Shown here one piece after another: positions 54,701 to 64,000 of a DNA stretch of 64,000 bases. The DNA lies in assembly GCF_964204645.1 (NCBI RefSeq), contig NC_134033.1, forward strand, positions 6,952,655 to 7,016,654. Direction: 5' to 3'. The notes beneath the pieces are model-generated. The model did not search any database, had not been told where the DNA came from, and saw nothing but the letters and a program-made list of their open reading frames with translations. The DNA is from Tubulanus polymorphus (taxonomy: Eukaryota; Animalia; Nemertea). Within the stretch, counting starts at the first letter, position 1. Each line of letters starts with the position of its first letter. The translations under genes were made by a program, and so were the position numbers.

Positions 54701-56162
54701 TAGTAAATACCTTGTGGATTTGACAATGATCGGTATGTACTGTAGGAAATATAGAGTATTGATGGTATTGATAAAGAGGTTGAAGCCCGCGGCCGAATAA
54801 AGTAATATATTCTTTTATTTTGATACCTCGTCGACATAACAGCTTTTCTCCTCTATATCTATTCGGCGTGTTTAGTTTAGGCCTACGATTCCCCGGTACA
54901 CTAAAGATTTATCTTAGTAAATACACGGTTAATTCGGTAAAGAAAAATAGGTATTGTTAAACTAACTCCCTGAAACCCGCAGCCAAATCACTGGTAGTAA
55001 TAAATTAATTTGTACTCGATTTGATTCTCATGATGAGAAGAAACTCGCAGCTGATCACCGGAACGACGATGTAGTGACACACGTCGATTCGTCGACAGTA
55101 CTTTTAAAATCTAAAGTAGTAAATTTCCTCTATATCGGTAATATGATTTGATGAGGAAAATGGGCTATTGTTAAAATTAGTTTTTAAAAACCGCGACAGA
55201 ATGTGCAATCTTTGGGTAATAAATTTGTTAATTTATGCTTGAATTGATAATCGACGTGCGATAGATTTCGGAAAGACGACTTAGAAAAACATGTCGGCTC
55301 TTTGAATGGGCTCAATTTTCGATGTTTACGGCCCGACAGTGCTTTTGTAACGTTGATTCTTCAATATTCGCACGGAATATTTTTAGATCGAAGTGAGCTG
55401 AATGATATCAGATGGATTGTATCGGCAACAGCGGTAATGTAAAAAAGCCCATGTACTTTTGACAAAAAAAGTGTGGAAAAAAAATAATAATGAATATAGC
55501 TGCAAAGCAGCGATAACGGGTTTCTGCACAGTCTTAGAATCCTGTTCAACGGTGGATTTCAACAAAGCATTTGATAAGGCTCAACATCAGCCATTACTAA
55601 AAAGGCTATTAGGAAACAGTATCAATGATAGGTCGTTAAAATGGCTCAGTCTCTGAACGGAAACTTGTAACCGAAATCAACGGAACGCCTCATCTTAGAA
55701 TGAGACGGTCTAACTAGTGGAGTCACGCAAGGTAGTATCCTAAGTCGTCTTCTGTTTAATGTCCTGACAAATGACATACACAGTAATCCAAAATATATCA
55801 GACCGAGTAAATTTCCAAAACGACCTTAACACACTGTTCGACCAAAAAACTTAATGTTCCGACAAAACCACGGGGACAAAACCAAAATTATGAATTGTCG
55901 CGGGTGACAAAACCAAAATATTGAATTGTCACGGGCGACAAAATAAAAATAATGAATTGTCGCGGGTGATAAAACCAAAATAATGAATTGTCGCGGGCGA
56001 TAAAACCACAATAATGAATTGTCGCGGGCGTTAAAACCAAAATATTGAATTGTCGCGGCGATAAAACCAAAATAATGAATTGTCGCGGATGACAAAAACA
56101 AAATATTGAATTGTTGCGTGCGACAAAACCAGAATAATGAATTGTCGCGGGAGACAAAACCA

Positions 56163-57179
56163 AACTAGGGGTCCAGGGACACCATGCTCACATGGGAAGT
56201 GGTTTCAAATGCTCAACAATCTAACAATTTCAATACATAACGCCCTCTAGTGACCATATACAAAAACCAATGACCTTGAAACCCACCACAATCATAGAAC
56301 ATGTTAGCAGCTATGATTTTGTAATTGATTGTGATAACAAAATATGCCTCGTTACCAATTTAATATGGAAATACTAAGTTATTCTACTATTCAACGCCCC
56401 TGGTGACCATATGCAAAACCAATGACCTTAAAACTCACCACAATCAGTTAGTTGTCGAATAAACACTATAATCCGTGTAAACTGAGCCATCATCAGGTGG
56501 AATGATGATGATGATGGCTGTTAGTCAACAGCCGAAACGTTGTGGTTTCGTAATAATAAATTTGATAGTATAATTTCAAATTCGAAGTGTGGGATTTCTT
56601 CATTTATCTCACCACAATCGTAGTACATGTCATGAAATACAACTTTGCAATTGATCATAGTAACAAAATATGCCTAGGTACCAATCTAATAAGGAAATAC
56701 TAAGCCATTTCACAATTCAACGCCCCCTGGTGACTATATGGAATAACTAATGTCCTTAAAAACTCACCACAATCATAGACGATGTCATGCTCTACAACTT
56801 TGCAATGGATCATGGTAACAAACTATGCCTAGGTACCAATCTAATAAGGAAAAACTAAGCTTTTCTACAATTCAACGCCCCCTGGTGACTATATGGAATA
56901 ACTAATGTCCTTAAAAACTCACCACAATCATAGACGATGTCATGAACTACAACTTTGCAATTGATCATGGTAACAAAATATGCCTTGGTACAAATATAAT
57001 ATAGCAATACTAAGTTATTGTATTATTCAACGCCCCCTGATGGCCACATACTAAAACCAATGACCTTGAAGCGTCTTCAAAACTTCCCAAAATAACTGGA
57101 TTCCGTCTATGGACGGACGGACGGACGAAAAGTGAACACAATAGCCTGCTGGGACTAAAGTCCAAAGTGGACTGAAAAA
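56163..57179 (-). mobile_element. Family H2 element, internally deleted, with nested Penelope-type insert
   Basis: Same insertion point in the satellite as 48211; lacks about 500 bp of the body. Confidence 0.82.
56446..56607 (+). mobile_element. Short Penelope-like pLTR insertion with 12-bp TSD
   Basis: Flanked by ctcaccacaatc (56434-56445 and 56608-56619) and absent from the other H2 copies. Contains hammerhead stem II and GAAACGTT (gatgatggctgttagtcaacagccgaaacgttgtgg). Confidence 0.8.
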
Positions 57180-60130
57180 GAATTGTCGCGGGCAACAAAA
57201 CCAAACTAATGAATTGTCGCGGGTGATAAAACCAAAATATTGAATTGTCGCGGGCGACAAAACCAAACTAATGAATTGTCGCGGGCGATAAAACCAAAAT
57301 AATGAATTGTCTCGAGCGACAAAACCAAAATAATGAATTGTCGCGGACGATAAAACCAAAATAATGAATTGTCTCGAGCGACAAAACCAAAATAATGAAT
57401 TGTCGCGGACGATAAAAACAAAATATTGAATTGTCGCGGGCGATAAAACCAAAATAATGAATTATCGCGGGCGATAAAACTAAAATATTGAATTGTCGCG
57501 GGCGATAAAACCAAAATAATGAATTGTCGCGGGCGACAAAACCAAAATAATGAATTGTTGCGGGCGACAAAACCAAAATGGTGAATTGTCGCGGGCGACA
57601 AAACCAAAATAATGAATTGTTGCGGGCGATAAAACCGTAATAATGAATTGTCGCGGGCGATAAAACCAAAATATTGAATTGTCATGGGCGATAAAACCAA
57701 AATAATGCATTGTCGCTGGCGACAAAATCAAAATCATTGTTTTCTCGCGTTATTTTAGTTTTGTCGTTTTGTCGTAATGTCGCCCTCATTTGCATATTCG
57801 TGTTTTGTTATCTTATCAGCCACCATACTAAAGCCTTAAGGTCGCGTAAAACTCGATAAACACTTCAAGCGACACAGCGAACGCTTACTCCGAATGTCAA
57901 GTGTGAGTCCAGCATACGGATAGGAGTGTGTTTTATACTTGTATTAAGTAAATACCTTGTGGATTTGACAATGATCGGTATGTACTGTAGGAAATAAAGA
58001 GTATTGATGGTATTGATATGGAGGCCCGCGGCCGAATAAAGTAATATATTCTTTTATTTTGATACCTCGTCGACATAACAGCTTTTCTCCGCTATAATCT
58101 CTTCGGCGTGTTTAGTTTAGGCCTACGACTCCCCAGTTCACTTATGATTTATCTTAGTAAAAACACGGTAAATTTGGTAAAGAAAAATAGGTATTGCTAA
58201 ATTAACTGCTTGACGCCCGCAGCCAAATCACTGGTAGTAATAAATTAATTTGTACTCGGTTTGATTCTCAGAATGAGGAGAAACTCGCAGCTGATTCCCG
58301 GAACGACGATGTAGTGACACACGTCGATTTGTCGATGTTTACGGCTCGACAGTGCTTTTAAAATCTAAAGTAGTAAATTTCCTGTGTATTGGTATTATAA
58401 TTTGATGAGGAAAATGGGTTATTGTTAAAATTAGTTTTTAAAAACCGCGACAGAATGTGCAATCTTTGGGTAATAAATTTGTTAATTTATGCTTGAATTG
58501 ATAATCGATGTGACAAGAAACGTGCGGTAGATTTCGGAAAGACGACTTAGAAAAACCTGTCGGCTCTTTGAATGGGGCTCAATTTTCGATGTTTACGGCC
58601 CGACAGTGCTTTTGTAACGTTGATTCTTCAAAATTCGCACGGAGTATTTGTAGATCGAACTGAGCTGAATGATATCAGACGGATTGTATCGGCAACAGCG
58701 GTAATGTAAAAAAGCCTATGTACTTTTGACAAAAAATGTGTGGAAAAAAAAAAAAATGATAATAATAATAATAAGAAACACGCGAATCTCATTAGGGTTT
58801 TCTGTGATGTAACAGAAAACCCTAATAATGATAATAAGAAACACGCGAATCTCAATAGGGTTTTCTGTGATGTAACAGAAAACCCTAATAAGAAACACGC
58901 GCATCTCAATAGGGTTTTCTGTGATGAAACAGAAAACCCTAATAATAATAATAAGAAACACGCGAATCTCAATAGGGTTTTCTGTGATGTAACAGAAAAC
59001 CCTAATAATAAGAAACACGCGAATCTCAATAGGGTTTTCTGTGATGTAACAGAAAACCCTAATAATCACGCGAATCTCAATAGGGTTTTCTGTGAAGAAT
59101 CAGAAAACCCTAATAATATTGATATTGATTAGATGACTTAGGTATTACTCATAATAATGATAATGTATCAACTAAAAGTGTTAATAATATTTTCATTAAT
59201 TAATAATATTGATATTGATTAGATGATTTAGGTATTACTCATAATAATGATAATGTATCAACTAAAAGTGTTAATAATATTTTCATTGAATACTACTTAT
59301 ATTGTAAACTCGAGTTACTAATTGCTAGTGGTAAATGCAAAGAATTCCTAAGTAGAATTATAACATATCAAGAATAAGACTCTATGGACAAAGATAAAGT
59401 AATAGAATATTTCAAAATATATGAAGAAGGTAGATTAGCTCGAATAAATGGTTATATTAGTGATGGAATAGTAAAATGTTTTTCTATGTTTTTCTATGTT
59501 ATGTATCCGAGTAATTCTAATTAATTATGGAAATAAATTATAAACCGATTTAAATATGATTACTTAGTTATGACAGAACTGCCAAAATGGGTTGGATATG
59601 CTTCATTTCAATTAGGGTCGATAATGACATTAATTTCTACTGGTGTAATAACATTTTCTAATATCAAACCTATAGTTTATAAATCAGATAATATCGAAAC
59701 ACATGATAAATCAGATAATATTGAACAAAAATTAAGTAAAATAAATGAGTGATGATATTATGAAAAAGCCTAGATCTGAAATACAAATTAAATGGGCAAG
59801 GGAATTGGGTAAATGATCTTCTGAGTTAAAAAAAGAAATTTACTGTTATAAATGAGTCACAGAAATTATCTGTTATTTATTCGAATGATAATTTATCTAA
59901 TTCTTCTAATAATGGAAGAAATAATATCTTGTATATTACAATTGGATTAATTATAGTATTTATATTCTCTGGTGTAATATATAAATTCAAATTTAATAAT
60001 AATGATGATGATGATGATAAACCTATTATGCCAGAAAATACATCAAATGATAAAATCATTGAAAATAAATCTAAATTATTATTAGAGGATTAAAATAAGA
60101 TGAAAAAAGAATGAGATTTATATTATAAAA

Positions 60131-60330
60131 TATAATTCGACTGTTAAAGATTTTAGAGAAAACATTAGATTTTTAGTGTTATTCTATAACAAAGATAGAA
60201 AATCTATGCAACAATCATTGGAAGAAAATCAAATTATACCTACTGAATTACATGATGAATATTTGAATAGATTAAAAAGTAATAAAGGTTCAAAATTATT
60301 ACTGAGACTATATGTATCAAATTTATATTT
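60131..60330 (+). pseudogene. A32/FtsK-type packaging ATPase, C-terminal fragment
   Basis: YNSTVKDFRENIRFLVLFYNKDRKSMQQSLEENQIIP..KGSKLLLRL resembles the Y....K..R.N arginine-finger region. Walker motifs are absent (deleted). Confidence 0.6.
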
Positions 60331-60419
60331 TGTTATATTTGTTAAGGATTCTCTTCTGCGTAAGTTAAAAATTTATCAAATAATAACTTATAGAATATAT
60401 AATATTGCCTAGTTTTACG

Positions 60420-61067
60420 ATTAGAATATTTGATATATTTCTTTGGGTTATTTAACATTAGTATCATACCCGCCTTTTTATCAACATCAATTAGATGTAA
60501 TGTTTTTATTACAATATTGACACGTTTTATTACTATCTATTTCTGCTAATTTTTTTAAATGTTCTTCTAATTTCTTTTCAATTTCTATATGCGCGTGAGA
60601 TTTTTATGTTTAGAAAATTACTTTTAGAAATATCTAAATTACAAATATTACAATGTTTTTTAGAAATATCAATTGTTTCGAGATCTGTTATATTATTATC
60701 ATTTATTTCAATTGTATTAACATAATCTGTTATGTTATTATCATAAGTTTTGATTGCATTATCATTATTATTCTTTTCTTTTTCTTAATGTTTCTTTGAT
60801 TTCTTATGTGATGCCCAATTTTAATATGATATATATTTCTTACATATATCACAATATTTTGGATTGCAATAATCTTTTTTTGAATCAATATCATATGTAG
60901 AAGGTATATCATTATTAGATGTAGAAGGTATATCATTATCATCTATTTTAGATTCAATAGTATCTTCTATTTTAGATTCAATATCATCTTCTATTTTAGA
61001 TTCAATATTCTTATCTGTTTTACTTATTCTGTATTGAATTGATTATAGAATTCTACCCATTGATCTA
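60420..61067 (-). pseudogene. Maverick multi-zinc-finger ORF next to the terminus
   Basis: Short IESKIED repeats, then YCDICKKYISY.NWASHKKSKKH and HCNICNLDISKSNFSKH; contains stops. Confidence 0.6.
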
Positions 61068-61467
61068 TCATTCTCATTCCTAGACATAATATGTTTTTGC
61101 TATACCTTCGAATACATATCCGAATTTTAATTTTTCAATCAGGAGTGTGGACGAGTCGCCCTCACGCCCTCTGGTATGAAAAAGGCATTTTTCAGTTACT
61201 AACGAGGTATCAACTTCGAATGGCCTTACTCTGAGTATGTTTTTCAGAGACAATGATTTTGATTAATTTTTCATATTGGAGCAAAATGATTCATTTCCAT
61301 TAGCTAGGCTGTGACCGTAGGCCAGCAGTGTTGAACTTTCTCCGTCCACTGGTTTTAGGATTTGGCCGATGGACAATGCCAGGGTTTATTTGAAAATCTA
61401 AAACATAACTTACTAAGTTACTAAATGCAAAAATAATAAAACATAAATGATGTTCCTAGATACTAAC

Positions 61468-61680
61468 CTATTAATAATTTTCCAGTTATCATCACATATT
61501 GTATATATTTATCTTGAGCCCCAACTTCACTTTCGAAACCTGCAATTATCGGCAGCAGCGCTATCAAAACACCAAGCAACACATCTTGCATGACCAATAT
61601 TCCAAGTAATATTGAGCTGTATTCATTTGCGAAATCGGTTCTGTGTGAGGTTGCACTATGGTGTCGTTCGTTGTCATTGT
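61468..61680 (-). CDS. TMCO3: TMCO3-like coding exon (213 bp)
   Basis: AG/GT bounded, phase 1 to 1. Encodes ..NEYSSILLGILVMQDVLLGVLIALLPIIAG.., matching TMCO3 YSTVLLGMLVTQDVQLGL. Confidence 0.9.
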
Positions 61681-61773
61681 CTAATGAGGAAATGAGTAAA
61701 GTAATTCTTTAATACATTTGTAGAATTACGCGAATATTGCAAATGTTGTTTTATTTAGCTCGTGAAAGCTTAC

Positions 61774-61954
61774 TTTTTTCGTCATCATTCATGGCAAGAA
61801 ATTTAACAATCAGTGGAGTGCTTGATAAGGATAAACAAGCCGCTAGAAAAGTACTTTCATTTGCTGTTGATTTGATACTAGTTCCTATAAGGAGACCAAA
61901 TCCTATCATCACTGCCATCATTGAAACACTACCGAAGACTGCAATTTTCCATAC
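61774..61954 (-). CDS. TMCO3: TMCO3-like coding exon (181 bp)
   Basis: AG/GTAAGC bounded, phase 0 to 1. Encodes VWKIAVFGSVSMMAVMIGFGLLIG..ESTFLAACLSLSSTPLIVKFL, matching TMCO3 VWKI..FGLL..CLSLSSTPL. Confidence 0.93.
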
Positions 61955-62721
61955 CTACAAGAATATGCTCATTTTCAGAAATACAAGTGACCAGGAAATG
62001 ATATAATATTGACTTATTTCGACATTTCACATCAATCTGGAGAATTTAGTGAATGTATGTGAAAGTATTAACGTAATCCATAAAATCAAAATTTGTGATT
62101 TTACCCGTTTCAATCGTTCCGGTGAGAACTCAAGGCCGACTGTAAAAAGTATGAAAAACACGCCAAACTCGCCGATTGTTTCAACTTGTACTGTAGACTA
62201 TTAAAGAATATATAAAAATTCGTTACATGTACATAAAACATAAGTTGTGTAAACAGCCGGAGAACAGATTCTGAAACCGATAATCTCGAAAACCAACACA
62301 ATCATAAAACATATCACGACCTACAAGTTTGCAATCGAATGTGGTGAAAATGGATTTGTTATGATGTAAATGGAAATAACGCTGCGAAGCAGCGATAATG
62401 GATTTTCTGCAAAGCTTTACCATGCTATTTAGGTGGACGGGAAACATAGAAAATCTAAATACATACATCGCATTGACAGATTCGAACCTAATATGCAACC
62501 TCAGTGTAAAGGTGCTGTAGAAGCAATAGTTATAGGATTTTATGTGTATGGGAAAAGATAGTGTGTGTGCAGTGTGCACGATAGCACACACTAGATGTAT
62601 GGTTGGTGCGCACACTAAATGCAAATGGCTCGGATCACAAGGAGGGAGTATGTTGAAACGATAGAAAGATAGAACGTTATTTAGTAACTATATTTAAAAT
62701 GTAAGGACCAATAAGGCTTGT

Positions 62722-64000
62722 AGTACTTACAAAATCAGGGTTTCAGGCCAGAGGGCGAGAGAGCGACTCATCACCACTTTTATTTTTATTTTATTATAAA
62801 CGGGAAACAGAAAAGTATTCTTAGCGTCCATAAATAACAAAATACAATACGAAAAACAATAAACAAAAAAACAATACGAAATAAAACAAGAGCCCCAAGG
62901 GGCACTATGGTCAACCTGTCAGATTCTCATAAAATGGAAAATTATGCATTCTGTGGGTTAAATTTGTCCAAATACACGGCACAACTCATAGACTAGTCAA
63001 TCCCAGGCTAATAATTTACACAATTCAATCGTGTTTTCAAAAGTAGCACAGATAGCGACTGGAGCTGGCAGGAACAAATACCTCAGATAGATCTATTCCC
63101 TAGGTCTTATTGATTTGAATGCGGAATATAATTGAATTTTCTGGAATTTGCTCAACAAAACAAAATTGAATTGGATTTGCTGTTTTATCTTGTTCAATAA
63201 AGTAAAATTGAATTGGATTTGATATTTTTTGCAGAATAAAATTTGATTGAATTTGCAGTTTGACCACTTGGCTAATTAGCATATCAAGGTCATCCATCTG
63301 ATTTGAGAAAAAGCTTTTTTTCCCGGACTTTGCACAATTGTCAATGATATTTTCTGTAGTGCAAATAGAAATATTCCTCCCAAAAACCAAATTAACTAAA
63401 GATTTCGCAGAAATTAATATTGAAATACAATTTTAGATCTTAAAATAAAACCCGGAAGTAAAATGGTAGACGATACCGCGGGTTCACGTAAACACCTGCT
63501 GATCTCTGCGGCTAAGCCAATCATAGAGGAGTCTTTGCTTTCTGATTTGCTTTTTAAAACCGATATTTTTGCGATCAGATTTTCGCAAAAAAGCTCATAT
63601 AAATTTTAACGAAGCCCTCTTTCAAAAATTCAGGTTCATAGGGGTTGGAGAACCAATCAAAATCAGTACAATTACAAATCCAGTTGAATAATAAAAATAT
63701 TTGTCTCATGATTTAGAAGGAGTAGAAATAACATTTTCATCTTAATTAACAACATTTTCATAATTTTTTTTTCCTTTTTTAGCTTTTTATATTATTTTGA
63801 TTTAATTCCTAATTGCCGAGACCATTCAATTTGATTCTGTGTTCTCGATTTTTTCTTCACAGTTAATTCTTGCACCTCTTCCACTTTGCTCATTTATTTT
63901 AGAGAAATTGTTATTATCAATGTTTGAAAATGTTATAACTCCAGTTGATACTAATTTCATAAATCCACCTAATTGAAATGATAAATATCCAATCCATTTA
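62722..64000. mobile_element. Maverick remnant F (same layout as C), interrupted by another repeat at about 62885-63680
   Basis: AGTACT terminus with ccagagggcgagagagcgactc and the small-gene start. TM and 'RIND' gene ends lie on the minus strand at 63690-64000. Confidence 0.7.

Larger units (their letters stand above)
47880..57730. repeat. 28-bp hairpin satellite arrays (consensus ccaaaataatgaattgtcgcgggcgacaaaa-like)
   Basis: Blocks at about 47880-48210, 49476-50461, 51726-54460, 55860-56162 and 57180-57730. Each monomer contains the palindrome ttgtcgc-gg-gcgacaa. Confidence 0.95.
44905..59115 (-). mobile_element. Head-to-tail tandem array of family H1 Helentron-type elements
   Basis: The ~1-kb body recurs at 46500-47500, 54560-55490 and 57830-58760. 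The RT-fragment/3' end recurs at 44905, 47515 and 55500. The 5' hairpin is repeated six times at 58770-59115. Confidence 0.8.
59116..61200. mobile_element. Maverick remnant E with terminus
   Basis: 'RIND' and TM genes (+), integrase start deleted into an ATPase tail, convergent multi-ZnF ORF (-), terminus ...ctggtatgaaaaaggcatttttcagttact at 61200. Confidence 0.8.

Noticed and set aside
47866-57737. Many 60-360 aa ORFs (VLSPATIHYFGF..) and a CRISPR-like look of short palindromic repeats
   Set aside because: These are translations of a 28-bp satellite. Monomers are contiguous with no unique spacers, no cas genes are present and the context is eukaryotic.
58628-59132. Repetitive ORFs (RFACFLLL.., HANLNRVF..)
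   Set aside because: Translations of the reiterated hairpin repeat.
61737-62006. Plus-strand ORF; likewise 13465-13742
   Set aside because: Antisense shadows of TMCO3 exons.

Overview
Eukaryotic (animal, probably marine invertebrate) genomic DNA. The window lies inside a minus-strand TMCO3-like gene (CPA2/KEA-type cation:proton antiporter). Four in-phase coding exons are visible (61774-61954, 61468-61680, 40393-40529, 13588-13738), separated by introns of about 0.1, 21 and 27 kb. The introns contain at least eight decayed fragments of an AT-rich Maverick/Polinton (adintovirus-like) endogenous virus family. Together these carry protein-primed PolB, rve integrase with chromodomain, an A32-type ATPase fragment, a probable major capsid N-terminus, an NCLDV-type HNH nuclease, membrane proteins and AGTAA termini. 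Also present are Helentron-type non-autonomous elements (one family in head-to-tail tandem with a captured LINE RT fragment and a 28-bp hairpin satellite), MITEs, a LINE 5' fragment, a DIRS tyrosine-recombinase remnant and Penelope-type minimal hammerhead ribozymes. The most striking signal is in one Maverick PolB copy: a giant-virus-like intein N-terminus inserted exactly at the catalytic YxD|TDS motif (9496-9762), while a sister copy in the same window has the empty site. A second candidate novelty is a conserved ~65-nt non-coding motif with a covarying hairpin, found in four viral copies. Family assignments rest on recalled motifs; no database search was run.
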